DNA from: an uncultured Acidobacteriota bacterium
GTDB lineage: Bacteria; Acidobacteriota; UBA6911; RPQK01; JAPXNP01
Reading direction: 5' to 3'
Length of the DNA: 64,000 nucleotides
NCBI GenBank assembly: GCA_963823995.1
Contig: CAWGNQ010000006.1
Coordinates: 503,685-567,684, forward strand
The notes beneath the pieces were generated by a model, which made no database searches, was not told where the DNA came from, and was given only the letters and a program-made list of their open reading frames with translations. Shown here piece after piece: positions 33,115 through 43,796 of this stretch (position 1 is the stretch's first letter; the number at the start of each line of letters is the position of its first letter). The position numbers were made by a program, and so were the translations under genes.

Positions 33115-35517
33115 CTACTGGGAGGAGCGTTGGAACTCCAGCCGTCCGAGATTGTAGCCTCCCACGGGCATCTCGAGCCGCAGCGTGTGGTTCCCCGCGT
33201 TCAGGAGAAGACCGACGAGGTGTAGGGACATCCAGTTCTGCCAGCCACCGGTCAGGGGAACCGGAATCGGCTGCGGCGAAAGTGCCGTGCCGTCCCACCG
33301 GACCTGCAATCGACCTCCGGTCTGCGGCGTAGCGACCCGGATCTCCAGGTCGTAGAGCCCGGTCTCACCGACATTCACGGTATAGGAGAGCCACTCGCCG
33401 GTCTCGATCCAGCCCACGTCGAAGGGCGCGCCATCCGGATCGGTCGAGGTCTCGATGTCGACCCCGTCGTTGCGATATTGCCACCCCATGTTCCAGGGCG
33501 TACTGTCGACGTAGTTGTCCCGCTGTGAGCGTCCGTCGTGATAGGAAGTTCCGTCGGTTCCCAGGTCGTAGTCGACCGCATCGATCACGCCGGGAATCGT
33601 CAGTTCGCGAGAGGGAACCGGGGCGGTGCCGCGATTCGGATCGAACAGCGCAAACAAAACATCCGGATGCTCGGTGCAGGATGAGAGTGCGAGATGGTCG
33701 GCCATATCGAGGAGCGCCGTTCGGGCCGAATCGGCCGTCGGACGAACGGTCGTGCGACCTTCCCAGTAATCCAGAAGGCTCTGGTAATCGGGAGGGATGG
33801 GCGCGGAGACCGGGCTCGAGATCGTTTCGAGCTTCTTGTGGGTCCACCAGCACCAACCGATGTCGCCGCGTTCAACCAAGTCCACCGATTGAGTCGCCCA
33901 GACATTCGAATTCTCTCCGAACTCCCCGAGCCACAAAGGCGCCTGCGTGGTCTGCCGGAGATTCAGGAATGCCTGGATGGAGTTCCGGTCGGTCCCGTTC
34001 CAGTACTTGTGAAAGCTGTAGACGAGGTTCGAATCGAACGGTGGAGTGAGATTCGAGAAATCCGTGGCGTACCAGCTCCCCTCTATGAAGAGTATATGGT
34101 CGGGATCGACCTCACGAACGGCACTCGCCAGTCGGATGTAGAGGGACCGGAGATCCTGATTGCTCGTTCCCTGGGGCATGACCGGCTCGTTCAGCAGGTC
34201 GTAGCCGATCAACCAGGGATCATCGGCGAACCGGCGGGCGATCTCCCGCCAGATGCGCACGCTGAGATCGCGATGCGATTGACCGGCAGCGCCCCAGAGA
34301 AGAGCGCCTGTATCCTCCGGACTGTCCGAGATGTTGTCGCCGTTTTGTCCGCCCGGTGCACAGTGCATGTCGAGGACGACCGCAAGGCCGTGGCGACCAC
34401 ACCAGTCGAGGAGACGCCTCAGCAGAAGAAAGCCTTCCTCCCTGAAGCCGTCGCTCGACGGATCGTAGATGTCGAGGTAGTGGAACGGCAGACGAATCGA
34501 ATTGAAGCCCCAGCGAGCGATCTGGTCGATGTCCGCTTCGGTCACGTAGCATTCCCGGTAACGGGCGAAGAATTCACGCGTCGTCTCTTCACCGGCCAGG
34601 TCCTGGATCATGTTCCGGATCGAGGTCGGCGATCCGTACCCGGGCAAGTGCAGGATGTAACCTTCGGGGACCAGCCAGCCGCCGAGGTTGATGCCCCGAA
34701 GGAGAATCGGGTCACCGAGCGGGTCGAGGATGCGAGTCTGCGCTGTCCGGAAATAGCCGGAGGTCGGGGAGGGGAGTGTCATCAGGGCCCCGTCGGCCCC
34801 CCGCTGGACGAGAGCCATCGTCGCGACGGGTCCTCCCTGTGTGACCTCCAGCGTCATACTTCCGAGGAACGGGGCGGGATGCTCCTCGAAATAGGTCTTG
34901 AAGAATTCGGCTTCCGTGATGAATTTGCTGAGTTGTCGATGAGGCTCGAGCGTGATATCCCCTTCGGTCACGACCTCACCGGCGGAGTCCTGAAGTGAGG
35001 TGTGCACCTTTGTTGAACGTGTGCCGGGATTGTAGATCGCGACGGCTGTGCTCTCGCTTTGCGTGACCCGGACGACCTGTCGTTGACTTGCTGCGGCCGT
35101 CGAAGCAGGGACGGAGACGAGGTGCCCCAGAACTTCGTAGACCAGGATCCCCGTCAGCGAGGCCCCGGGCGGAGCGAAGCTCACCACAACGGTGCCGTTC
35201 AGAAGCGCACCCGTTCCGTCGGTCTGAAGCTCGAACGTCCCGAGAGGTGGAATTTCGAAAGAGGCCGAACTGAGATCGGTACCGCCGATCGGGACTGTCA
35301 AAGCCGTGCTGTCGGGAGCGAAGAACCGGATCTCACCCGAGACGGCAGCCTGACTCTGATTCATCAAGGTCAATCGGCTGCGGTTCGGAAGGCCACCCTC
35401 GACGGTGCCGTTGACGAACTGCGGGAAGAGCAGATTGGCTCCCCAGGCGGTGGAAATGTCCGGGTAAACGAGGAACGCAAAGTAGACCACAAGGAGGATT
35501 TCAACAGCTCGACGCAT
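33115..35517 (-). CDS. Secreted GH5 endo-glycanase (cellulase family) with an N-terminal Ig-like region and a C-terminal CBM6/35-like domain
   Basis: The start is set at the internal ATG 35517 (MRRAVEILLVVYFAFLVYPDISTAWG signal). GH5 motifs GINLGGWLVPEGY, FNSIRLPFHY, AVVLDMHCAPGGQNG and LIGYDLLNEPV. The C-terminal TGGRLQVRWDGT...GGYNLGRLEF is CBM-like. Confidence 0.75.
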   Translation of the reverse strand: MRRAVEILLVVYFAFLVYPDISTAWGANLLFPQFVNGTVEGGLPNRSRLTLMNQSQAAVSGEIRFFAPDSTALTVPIGGTDLSSASFEIPPLGTFELQTDGTGALLNGTVVVSFAPPGASLTGILVYEVLGHLVSVPASTAAASQRQVVRVTQSESTAVAIYNPGTRSTKVHTSLQDSAGEVVTEGDITLEPHRQLSKFITEAEFFKTYFEEHPAPFLGSMTLEVTQGGPVATMALVQRGADGALMTLPSPTSGYFRTAQTRILDPLGDPILLRGINLGGWLVPEGYILHLPGYGSPTSIRNMIQDLAGEETTREFFARYRECYVTEADIDQIARWGFNSIRLPFHYLDIYDPSSDGFREEGFLLLRRLLDWCGRHGLAVVLDMHCAPGGQNGDNISDSPEDTGALLWGAAGQSHRDLSVRIWREIARRFADDPWLIGYDLLNEPVMPQGTSNQDLRSLYIRLASAVREVDPDHILFIEGSWYATDFSNLTPPFDSNLVYSFHKYWNGTDRNSIQAFLNLRQTTQAPLWLGEFGENSNVWATQSVDLVERGDIGWCWWTHKKLETISSPVSAPIPPDYQSLLDYWEGRTTVRPTADSARTALLDMADHLALSSCTEHPDVLFALFDPNRGTAPVPSRELTIPGVIDAVDYDLGTDGTSYHDGRSQRDNYVDSTPWNMGWQYRNDGVDIETSTDPDGAPFDVGWIETGEWLSYTVNVGETGLYDLEIRVATPQTGGRLQVRWDGTALSPQPIPVPLTGGWQNWMSLHLVGLLLNAGNHTLRLEMPVGGYNLGRLEFQRSSQ

Positions 35518-35614
35518 TGCGCCCGAGTCTAACAGTCCTCGTCGCGAAATCGCCAGCGAAAGCGGGTCGGGAGCGGAGGGAGCCGTGAGTTCCCGGCGCT
35601 GCTTCCGATCTTCG

Positions 35615-37312
35615 TCAGTACCGTTCTTGCCCGGGGAGCAGCGGATCCAGAGGGGAGGCATACCAGGAAGATCCTCCCTCGACCAGGTTCCAGCCCCAGT
35701 CGACCGAGAGGCCCAGGCCCAGAGGCGTACGCACTCGTAACTCGACTCCGGCATCTGCAAGCCAGCCCTGTGACCGTGGCGTACGCGGTGCTCCCCACGC
35801 CCTTCCAAAATCGAGAAACGGGGCCAGTTCGATGTCGAGCAGGCCGTTGCTCCACAGCCGCTTCTCGATTTCCGAGCGGACCAGATGCTTCCGCGTACCG
35901 AACGGGGCATTGCCTTTGAATCCGTCGAATGTAGCGATGTGGCCACGCAATCCCGTGGGATCATCACGGTCGAATCCGATGAAGAAGAGCGCATCGAGGG
36001 CCGGAGAGCCTCCAATAACGCCGCCCCGATAGGCCAGCCCCACCCGCCAGTCGAGCTCTCCCGGATCGAGATACGCGGATAGATCTGCGCCTCCTTCAAA
36101 CCGGATCATCCGCGTGCGCCGGCCAGCCAGGGTGCCTCTGCCGGTCAAGCGGCCGAGTGCCCTCAGCTCGAGCCGGTGCTTCGGCAGGTAGACCAGAGTT
36201 CTTTCGAGGCTCGTAGAATATTCGAGTGACCAGCCGTTCCAGTGCAAGGCGCCGGGCGTCGGCTCATGACTCCCGAAATTGAATTTCCTCCACACCAGGC
36301 GGGGGCCGCCGGACCAGTGCCAGCGGGCACCCGGGATCCAGTCGAGCTGAAAGCCGATCGACCTGTGCTCGAGCCCATAGACAGGAAACTGCCCGTTGCG
36401 ATCGGGTCCGTTGCCCCGCAGCTTCCAGTCCTCGTCTCGGAGGTCGGTTCCGAGAGACCAGCGCCACTGAGGATGGAGGGCAAACGGCCTTTCCAGGCGG
36501 CTCAGTAGCCTCTCTTTGCGAGCATCCCAACGAAAGAGCGTGTTGAGGTTCATCGCGGCTCGGTCCAGGTTGAACAAATCGGCGTGGATCGTCTGGTAGG
36601 GAAGTCCGCGCGCTGCCGAAAACAGCGCAGACTTCCTTCCGCCGAGCAAACCACGTCGTTCGAGCGCCGAAACGATGACCGTGAATCTCGAGTCCCGGTC
36701 CGGGTCGAGGCGGACGTTCAGACCCGTGTAAAGATGGAGTGTCGTCAGCTCCGCCAGCGTGTCGCGCAGCTCCTGCAATCGAAGAGTCTCTCCGGGTACG
36801 ATCGGAATGAGCCGGTTCCGGAGCAGAGGATCCAATCGCGTCCCCGACTCCAGTCTGACCCCCGAGATTTTCGGCTTGTCGATTCGATTCCAGAACTCCA
36901 AAGTCGAGGGGAGGTCTCCGCTGAGATAGCAGGTCGTACCGAGAAGGTCGAGGGCATAGGGATCTCCCGGGTTGAGGTGTAGGGCCCGCTCGACAAATCG
37001 TCGGGCCCGGTCCAGGTCACGGACTGTAAATGCCAACCCTCCCAGCTCGAGAGGAAAGCGGTAGTCGTCCGGAAAGCGCTCGCGCCCCGTTTCGAGGGTC
37101 GACCTGGCCGATTCGCTCCGGCCCAAACGAGCCTCCGCGAGCCCCCGGTAGTAGAGGACATCGGCGGCAGGAAGCGGCAGCCCGTCGGTCAGTTGCAGCA
37201 CTTCGTTCCAGCGCCCTGCCTGTGCGAGCCGACGCAGATCCTCGCGGTCCTCGGAAGGCCCGGCAAGCAGGGTACACGTAAGACTCAGAAGCAGAACTGT
37301 GCTGCGGAGCAT
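35615..37312 (-). CDS. TPR-repeat protein with a C-terminal outer-membrane beta-barrel-like domain (Omp85/ShlB-like)
   Basis: Signal MLRSTVLLLSLTCTLLAG. TPR-like helices (YYRGLAEARLG, RALHLNPGDPYALDLLG). The C-terminal half is rich in alternating hydrophobic/aromatic beta-strand patterns and ends in an aromatic residue. Domain family is an inference. Confidence 0.5.
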   Translation of the reverse strand: MLRSTVLLLSLTCTLLAGPSEDREDLRRLAQAGRWNEVLQLTDGLPLPAADVLYYRGLAEARLGRSESARSTLETGRERFPDDYRFPLELGGLAFTVRDLDRARRFVERALHLNPGDPYALDLLGTTCYLSGDLPSTLEFWNRIDKPKISGVRLESGTRLDPLLRNRLIPIVPGETLRLQELRDTLAELTTLHLYTGLNVRLDPDRDSRFTVIVSALERRGLLGGRKSALFSAARGLPYQTIHADLFNLDRAAMNLNTLFRWDARKERLLSRLERPFALHPQWRWSLGTDLRDEDWKLRGNGPDRNGQFPVYGLEHRSIGFQLDWIPGARWHWSGGPRLVWRKFNFGSHEPTPGALHWNGWSLEYSTSLERTLVYLPKHRLELRALGRLTGRGTLAGRRTRMIRFEGGADLSAYLDPGELDWRVGLAYRGGVIGGSPALDALFFIGFDRDDPTGLRGHIATFDGFKGNAPFGTRKHLVRSEIEKRLWSNGLLDIELAPFLDFGRAWGAPRTPRSQGWLADAGVELRVRTPLGLGLSVDWGWNLVEGGSSWYASPLDPLLPGQERY

Positions 37313-37332
37313 GGACGTCGACCCTCAGAGGA

Positions 37333-37866
37333 TCAGTCTACCGATCCGGGCAGTGCAAGCAGAGTCCAGTTGCCGGACGCTTTCCAGCGCTTCACGAAAT
37401 CGGACCGGGGGATGGCCAGAAGCTTGCGCTGGGCCGGATCATTCAGGTAGAGAAGCCCCTCGTCCGTATCGATGCCGACGACGACCACGAAATGAGCAAG
37501 GTCGTCGTCGGTTCCATTCGAAAGGCAAACGATCAAAGGGCGCCCTCTTGCCAGGTGATGTTCGAGATCCCGCTCTTCACCCTGAAAGATGAAGGTCCGG
37601 AAGCCGGTGCGCCTCAGGGCGTTTTCCAGAGCGGCTCCTGTGACGCCCAATTGCGGGTCCGCCTTCAAGGATTCCAGAGGGGAGGTCTTCGACGGTACCG
37701 TGTGACGCCCTCCCGTTCCCAAGGCATCCCAGTACTGTTCCACCATCGCTGCCGCAGCCGGACCGCAACCCCCGGGACCTTGAGCCACGAACGGAACGTC
37801 GATCCACTTTCCGGATGCTGCGGCCACCGTGACCTGCAGGGAGAGGAGCAACGGGACGGCCCACAT
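37333..37866 (-). CDS. Secreted peptidase C39-like domain protein (double-glycine-peptidase-related, PF13529-like)
   Basis: The start is set at the internal M (MWAVPLLLSLQVTVAAASG). IDVPFVAQGPGGCGPAAAAMV (the Cys in a QxxxCG context) and the later LAHFVVVVGIDTDEGLLYLNDP (His region) resemble C39-like domains. Confidence 0.5.
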   Translation of the reverse strand: MWAVPLLLSLQVTVAAASGKWIDVPFVAQGPGGCGPAAAAMVEQYWDALGTGGRHTVPSKTSPLESLKADPQLGVTGAALENALRRTGFRTFIFQGEERDLEHHLARGRPLIVCLSNGTDDDLAHFVVVVGIDTDEGLLYLNDPAQRKLLAIPRSDFVKRWKASGNWTLLALPGSVD

Positions 37867-37891
37867 TCTCCGCCTCACTTGGCAACAGGCC

Positions 37892-38293
37892 TCAGTCGGC
37901 AACAAGGATGAGTACGATGACGGCGGTGCCCAGAGCGATCAGGATGTACGTAATCTGCTGATTGGTCAGAGCCCCTGCACGGACGTCCCTTTGGACGCGA
38001 TCGACCTGATCGGCGAGTCGAGCCAGTTCAGCGTCGCTGAGGGCCGGCACCGCCGCGGTGACCTGCTCGGGGTCGAGGCTCGTCTTCGCAAAGGCATCCC
38101 TGGCGACATCGGATTCGAAGAAACGCTGGATCGCCCGAACGTTGGCTTCGCGCTGGAAAGCTTTCTGCTGGATCGCCCCGCTGAGATCCTTCGATGAGAC
38201 GATATGGTCCTGTTCCCCGGCGGAGAAGATCTCACTGGAGAGTGTGCAGAGGCCGATCACTAAAGCAAGTACGAAAGTTCGTCGTTTCGTCAT
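37892..38293 (-). CDS. Small exported protein of unknown function (N-terminal signal or anchor plus C-terminal TM helix)
   Basis: MTKRRTFVLALVIGLCTLSS...ITYILIALGTAVIVLILVAD; no recognisable domain. Confidence 0.4.
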   Translation of the reverse strand: MTKRRTFVLALVIGLCTLSSEIFSAGEQDHIVSSKDLSGAIQQKAFQREANVRAIQRFFESDVARDAFAKTSLDPEQVTAAVPALSDAELARLADQVDRVQRDVRAGALTNQQITYILIALGTAVIVLILVAD

Positions 38294-38521
38294 TATGAAA
38301 CTCCTCACTGAAGAAGCATTTTGATGGTCGTCGATCTCAGGGTCTGGCCAGTCCACCGTGGACCTTCCGGCCCGGTCGTCCGAAGACCTGAGTGCACTTA
38401 AATCTAAGGATAGCAGGATTTGCTGCAACCAGAGAACAGTCGCCGGCCTCTGGCATTCGCCTGCGCACGAGTGTACTCTCGCAGTCGCAATCTCGAGCCA
38501 TCACATGACGGGAGAATTGAC

Positions 38522-40345
38522 ATGAGTCGCCGTTCTATCCATGTTTCGATTTGCACCCTTGTGACCTTCCTCGTCTTGGTCTCTGCAGGCATGGCCCAGT
38601 CGACCGGCTGGCAACGCGGACAAGGCCCTCTTTCGACGCGCTGGACCAGCCAGGTGTTACCGGCGAACGTGCATCCCGAGTATCCCCGTCCCCAACTGGT
38701 CCGTGATGACTGGCAAAGCCTGAACGGCCTTTGGGACTACGCGATTCGACCCACGAATGCCCCTGCACCTTCGGAGCACTTCGACGGACAGATCCTCGTC
38801 CCGTTTTCCATTACATCGGCCCTTTCGGGTGTCATGGATCAGGTGGGGCCGGGGAACATGCTCTGGTATCGCAGGAGTTTCGAAATTCCGAGTCGTTGGA
38901 GGACGGGACGAGTTCTCCTGCACTTTGGGGCTGTCGACTGGGCTGCGACGGTCTGGGTCAATGGCCACCAGGTCGGCTCCCATGAGGGCGGGTATACGCC
39001 GTTCAGCTGTGATGTGACCTCGGCGTTGGCGGATTCGGCGGGCCAGGAGGTCGTGGTCTCGGTCTGGGACCCGACCGATGCGGGATTCCAACCCCGGGGG
39101 AAGCAAGTACGGAATCCGCACGGTATCTGGTACACACCGACGACCGGGATTTGGCAGACGGTCTGGGCCGAAACCGTCCCCGACACTTACATCGAAGCCA
39201 TTCGGATAACTCCCGACGTCGATGCCGGGGCTCTTCGGCTCTTGGTTCATACGAACCAGAAAACAGCAGGGGTCACCGTCAGGGCCGAGGTTGTCGACGA
39301 CGGCACCGTCGCCTCGGCAACCGGTCGCGCCGGCGACCAGATCGTGCTGGAGATCGATCATCCCAGGCTCTGGTCCCCCGAGACACCCTTCCTCTACGAC
39401 CTGCATGTTTCGCTGATCCGGAACGGGCAAAGCATCGACAGCGTCAAGAGCTACTTCGGCATGAGGAAGATCAGTCTCGGAAAGGGCCCGGACGGCGTGC
39501 TTCGCCTCCTTCTCAACGACAAGGCCCTTTTCCAGTTCGGTCCGCTCGACCAAGGCTTCTGGCCTGACGGCATCTACACGGCGCCGACCGACGAGGCGCT
39601 GCGCTACGACATCGAGGTCACCAAACGGCTCGGATTCAACATGATTCGCAAACATGTCAAGATCGAGCCCGAACGCTGGTACTACTGGGCGGACAAGCTG
39701 GGGATCCTGGTCTGGCAGGATATGCCGAGCGGCGATGCCTACATCCGTCCGAACGAGCCGGACATAACGCGCGTTGCGCAGTCCGCCTACCACTTCGACC
39801 GGGAGTTGAAGGAACTGATCGACAGCCGATACAACCACCCCTCGATCGTGATGTGGGTGCCGTTCAATGAAGGGTGGGGGCAATTCGAGACCGGCCGGAT
39901 CACAAGCTGGATCAAGAACTACGATCCGAGCCGACTGGTCGACAGCACCAGCGGCTGGGCCGACCGGGGCGTTGGAGACGTACACGACATCCACGCCTAT
40001 CCGGGTCCCACGGCTCCGGTCGTCGAACCCTATCGGGCCGTCGTGTTGGGGGAGTTCGGCGGGCTGGGTCTTCCGCTTCCGGGTCATACCTGGCAGTCGG
40101 AGGACAACTGGGGATATCGAAGCTTCAAGAATGCCCAGGAATTGACGGACGCCTACGTGCAGCTCCTCGAGAAGCTGAAGCCGCTCGTTGCCGACCGCGG
40201 CCTGGCAGCGGCCGTCTATACGCAGACGACCGACGTAGAAGTCGAAGTGAACGGGTTGATGACTTACGACCGGGCGGTCGTCAAGATGGACCAGGAGAAG
40301 GTCCGGCAGGCGAACGAGGAGTTATACGGAAAGGTTCCGGAGTAG
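38522..40345 (+). CDS. Glycoside hydrolase family 2 (beta-galactosidase/beta-mannosidase/glucosaminidase-like), secreted
   Basis: The start is set at ATG 38522 (GGGAGA Shine-Dalgarno; signal [26 protein letters not shown]). GH2 sugar-binding region [25 protein letters not shown] barrel with [32 protein letters not shown] and [12 protein letters not shown]. Confidence 0.75.
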   Translation: MSRRSIHVSICTLVTFLVLVSAGMAQSTGWQRGQGPLSTRWTSQVLPANVHPEYPRPQLVRDDWQSLNGLWDYAIRPTNAPAPSEHFDGQILVPFSITSALSGVMDQVGPGNMLWYRRSFEIPSRWRTGRVLLHFGAVDWAATVWVNGHQVGSHEGGYTPFSCDVTSALADSAGQEVVVSVWDPTDAGFQPRGKQVRNPHGIWYTPTTGIWQTVWAETVPDTYIEAIRITPDVDAGALRLLVHTNQKTAGVTVRAEVVDDGTVASATGRAGDQIVLEIDHPRLWSPETPFLYDLHVSLIRNGQSIDSVKSYFGMRKISLGKGPDGVLRLLLNDKALFQFGPLDQGFWPDGIYTAPTDEALRYDIEVTKRLGFNMIRKHVKIEPERWYYWADKLGILVWQDMPSGDAYIRPNEPDITRVAQSAYHFDRELKELIDSRYNHPSIVMWVPFNEGWGQFETGRITSWIKNYDPSRLVDSTSGWADRGVGDVHDIHAYPGPTAPVVEPYRAVVLGEFGGLGLPLPGHTWQSEDNWGYRSFKNAQELTDAYVQLLEKLKPLVADRGLAAAVYTQTTDVEVEVNGLMTYDRAVVKMDQEKVRQANEELYGKVPE

Positions 40346-40387
40346 GACAACCGTCCCCGGTTGTCCCGGTGCCCCGAAAGAACGGTC
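40342..40387 (+). repeat. Copy 2 of the ~46-bp palindromic element, starting at the GH2 stop codon
   Basis: gtaggacaaccgtccccggttgtcccggtgccccgaaagaacggtc: same 8-bp stem as copy 1, with a different loop and one extra C. Confidence 0.6.
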
Positions 40388-40484
40388 TCAGCACGACCCC
40401 CACGGATGCCGAGGCTTCGATGCGCCTTCCAGCTCTTCCGGTGCCCGCAGTTGCGGCAATCGGACAAGCAAGGATGCTTATCCT

Positions 40485-40506
40485 ACTCGGAACTCGGAAC
40501 TCGGAG
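40485..40506 (-). repeat. Three tandem TTCCGAG heptamers (read on the minus strand), just 3-prime of the GH127-like gene stop
   Basis: The plus strand reads ctcggaactcggaactcggag. Confidence 0.5.
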
Positions 40507-40507
40507 A

Positions 40508-43006
40508 CTACTCCCCGACGCGCCACTCGTAGACACCCGACGACGCTTCGGGGCGGGACTGGATGACGATCCGAACCGCGCGGGCCTGGACGGGCGCAAA
40601 GTCCACACGGCTGAACCGGTTCTCTTCGATCGGGTAGTCTCCGGAAGCGGAAACCGGTCGCCAGCTTTGCCCGTCGGACCAGAGAATCTGCCAGCTCTGG
40701 GGAAGCTCCACTTCGCCGTCGTAAACGAAGAATGCTTCGCTCGATGTTAACCGTCTGACTTCAGGAAAGTTGTACTGGATCCACTCGGCCGTGCCCGGGT
40801 GCGATCGGAACGTTGCTTTGGGGGCATCCTGGTGTCCGGCAGTCGGGACGACGCCGTCGTTGACCGCCGAAATCTGGTCTTCGTGCCAGATAAAGGACGC
40901 CACCGGCGGACTGGTGGACACACTCCAGACCTTTCCTTCTTCACCGGGCCCGGCGATCCGCGGGAAGGCCGAGATTCTCAAGCGGGCGGCACCCATGGGA
41001 ATCAGGCGCACCTGTTCGGCCGGGGCCTCCGACCGGACGGGACTTTGCCCGATTGCTCCGACGAGACCGTTCGACTCGAGCTGCCACTCGGGAATCCTCC
41101 TGGCGCGTGCCTCGAGCTCGATGGGTGCAGCATCGAGCTCGAACGGCTGATCGGCAATGGGCCCGTCCTTCTCGACGATCTTGAAGGAGGTCTGCGGCTG
41201 ATCCGGATCGACGATCAGGCCATAGTTCCAGGCCGATGCAGGATAGACTTCGTAAGCCGGCCACTGATCCGTTCCGCCATACTTCTCCCAACGCTCCTCG
41301 ATTCTCAACGAGTAGGTCAGCGGTCCCCGGCTCACCGAGATGGAATCCTTGTTCCTGGTCCAGTCCTTGACTCGGATCTTCATCGGAAAGCGGAGTCGAA
41401 CCACGTCCCCGGCCTGCCAGCTGCGGTTGAGCTCTAGCCAGGGTCCACGGCTGTTTCCGGGCGAAAGCTTCCGGCCGTTGAGTTCGATCTCGACCTCGTC
41501 GCTCCATCCGGGAATGCGAAGATAGAGCGGAAAGGAAACCGGCTTTTCGGTCGAGACCCGAAATTCGATTCGGTCCCTGAACGGATAGTCGGTCGACTCT
41601 TCGATCTTCACCCGGGTTCCGTCACCCACCCGTGCGCTCACGGAGTTGGGTGCATAGAGAACGGCGGCCAGACCGTTGCCGCGCGTTGCCATCCAGAGGC
41701 TCTCGGCAAAGTAAGGCCAGCCGAAGGCCACGTTGTGCTGGCAGCAGCGGTAGCGCCAGGGGTTGTAGGAAAGCGTGTCGCCGGTGTTCTCCAACAGTGG
41801 GCTCTTGCTCTGGCGGTCCAGCTGGACCATGTTCGGCGCCGTCAGATAATGAAGTCCCCGTAGATTGGGTGTCATCGAGGCGGGAAACGAGTTGAAGGCG
41901 ATCTCCTCGGCACGGTCGGCCCACTTCGGGTCGCCGGTGATGCGAGTCAGCATCTCGTCGCTGTGCATGAACTCCGCCATTGTGCATGTTTCTGCCGCCT
42001 GGCGGGGTCCGGTGAAACCGGGCCGGGCGTTCTCGTCGGCTCCGAACATGCCTCCCGGAACCTGTCCGTAAGTTCCCATAAAGGTCTCGTAATTTCGGAT
42101 GGTCGCCTCCAGGTGACGCGGGTCGTGGGACTGTTGGAAGTACTGGGCCGGTTCGCGGAAGCCTTGTGCGAGGTTGACGCCGTGCCAGGTCGGGATGTCT
42201 GCCGACCAGTCGGCCGTCTGCTCGTGATTGATCCGGGCAAGATCGAGCAGCCACGCCTCACCGGTGCGATTGTAGAGCCAGTAGATACTGTCGAGGTTGT
42301 CGCCCGCCCTCCAATGCTGCCAGGTGCCCTGGACGAAGACGTCCAGCGGAACCGTCGTCTGCCACTTGAAGTAGCGCCTCATCAAGGTCAGCACCCGGTC
42401 GTCGCCGGTCGCGTCGTAGTAGGTGCGCAATACGTAGAGCATGATCATGTTCGGCCAGAGATCGTTATCGGTCGTGTGTGACACGGCCGCCTCCTCGAGG
42501 TTGGTGCGCGGTCCGAAAAATCCGTCCTTTCCCTGGCTCGAGATCACGCCCTCGATCCACTTCCTGCTTTCGTCGATGATTCGCTGGTCATTCATGATGA
42601 AGCCGAGAGCCGTGAAGCCGCGAAGCCAGTAGGGAACCTCTTCCCATCCGTGTTCGCCCCGGCCGACCGGACTGACCCAGGCATTACCGTTGATGCTGCA
42701 CCAGTCGCTGACTTCCGTGAGATTTCCGACAAAACCGTCGGCCATGAGCCGGAGCTGAGCCCGGATCCAACCGTGAGGCTCAATGCTCCCGATGGGGAGG
42801 GCGAGCAGAGGGTTTGCCGTGAGCGGATCCCGATTGCCCACATAGAATTCGTTGCTGCCGCTCTTGGGCGGGCTTGCGACGAATCGGGCGTCGGCAGGCG
42901 GATCCGACTGGGCTCCGGAGACGGCCGGCGCAAGGATCAGTCCTGGCAACAAGAGAATCGGGGCCAGGAACCAGAGACGTTTCGACTGGAGCTCTCTGAT
43001 TGTCAT
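40508..43006 (-). CDS. DUF1680 / GH127-like glycoside hydrolase (beta-L-arabinofuranosidase family) with a C-terminal discoidin-like domain, secreted
   Basis: The start is set at the internal ATG 43006 (MTIRELQSKRLWFLAPILLLPGLILAPAVSGAQ). Large (alpha/alpha)6-type domain with the NPWRYRCCQHNVAFGWPYF Cys-Cys motif reminiscent of the HypBA1 catalytic Cys pair. The C-terminal beta-sandwich ends ...SGVYEWRV. Confidence 0.6.
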   Translation of the reverse strand: MTIRELQSKRLWFLAPILLLPGLILAPAVSGAQSDPPADARFVASPPKSGSNEFYVGNRDPLTANPLLALPIGSIEPHGWIRAQLRLMADGFVGNLTEVSDWCSINGNAWVSPVGRGEHGWEEVPYWLRGFTALGFIMNDQRIIDESRKWIEGVISSQGKDGFFGPRTNLEEAAVSHTTDNDLWPNMIMLYVLRTYYDATGDDRVLTLMRRYFKWQTTVPLDVFVQGTWQHWRAGDNLDSIYWLYNRTGEAWLLDLARINHEQTADWSADIPTWHGVNLAQGFREPAQYFQQSHDPRHLEATIRNYETFMGTYGQVPGGMFGADENARPGFTGPRQAAETCTMAEFMHSDEMLTRITGDPKWADRAEEIAFNSFPASMTPNLRGLHYLTAPNMVQLDRQSKSPLLENTGDTLSYNPWRYRCCQHNVAFGWPYFAESLWMATRGNGLAAVLYAPNSVSARVGDGTRVKIEESTDYPFRDRIEFRVSTEKPVSFPLYLRIPGWSDEVEIELNGRKLSPGNSRGPWLELNRSWQAGDVVRLRFPMKIRVKDWTRNKDSISVSRGPLTYSLRIEERWEKYGGTDQWPAYEVYPASAWNYGLIVDPDQPQTSFKIVEKDGPIADQPFELDAAPIELEARARRIPEWQLESNGLVGAIGQSPVRSEAPAEQVRLIPMGAARLRISAFPRIAGPGEEGKVWSVSTSPPVASFIWHEDQISAVNDGVVPTAGHQDAPKATFRSHPGTAEWIQYNFPEVRRLTSSEAFFVYDGEVELPQSWQILWSDGQSWRPVSASGDYPIEENRFSRVDFAPVQARAVRIVIQSRPEASSGVYEWRVGE

Positions 43007-43136
43007 AACGTTGGTCCTCCCTCCGACGACACCTGCGCCGTCGCGGCGCCCGAAGCCGAGCGAGGCGCAAAGACGGGAATCAGAACCGTAACAAGGAAAA
43101 CGTAAGGATGGCACTGCCCCATGGTTTGCATCACCG

Positions 43137-43694
43137 CTAACTTAGCACAAGCCTGAACTTTCCGGGGGCGACCTGAATTCGCAACTCTCTCGGATCGGAG
43201 ATCAGTCCTTCTCCGGTCATTTTGAGTGTCGATTCCTTCGTAGTCCAGCAGAGGTAAAAGAACTGAAGCCTCGGCAAGCGTACCTCGCTGAGAAAGGCGC
43301 GCAGTTCGTCAGTCGACATGAAGGTAGCGGCCACCTCGGACAGACAGGGGAAGTCTCGAACCCGTTCCAGATCCACTCCGACCTCTGCGCCACTGAAGGT
43401 CAAAAGCGCCAGATCTTCACAATGGGTGCTGCTGAAGTGGATTGGGGACTCCGCAGGAACAAAGGGAACGGAAGGCTTGCCGCGCGACGAATACTCGAAG
43501 CGGATCTCGGTCGATCTTCCGCAGCCATAGCGCTCGAACAAAATCCGAAGGGCGGCGCGCTGGACGATGAATCGTCGCTCGTCCTCCCGCAACTTGAAAG
43601 CGCTAATCCGTTTGCGCTCGCCATCGCTGAGCAGGCGCTCGAGATCCCCGACCGTTCGGTCACCCGGGCAGAAGTCGACGGCCCAGACGTGCAC
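43137..43694 (-). CDS. 4-prime-phosphopantetheinyl transferase, Sfp/EntD type
   Basis: GVDLERV (motif 2) and WTTKESTLK (motif 3, W/F-x-x-KE-S/A-x-x-K). 185 aa. Confidence 0.7.
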   Translation of the reverse strand: MHVWAVDFCPGDRTVGDLERLLSDGERKRISAFKLREDERRFIVQRAALRILFERYGCGRSTEIRFEYSSRGKPSVPFVPAESPIHFSSTHCEDLALLTFSGAEVGVDLERVRDFPCLSEVAATFMSTDELRAFLSEVRLPRLQFFYLCWTTKESTLKMTGEGLISDPRELRIQVAPGKFRLVLS

Positions 43695-43796
43695 TGTGTC
43701 TCCGGGAGGGATCGGAGAAACCGGCCCCGGTTTCCAGTGAATTATGGGAATCTCGCGCGAGATGAAGGCCCTCGAGTCGAGCAGATCCGCATTCGG

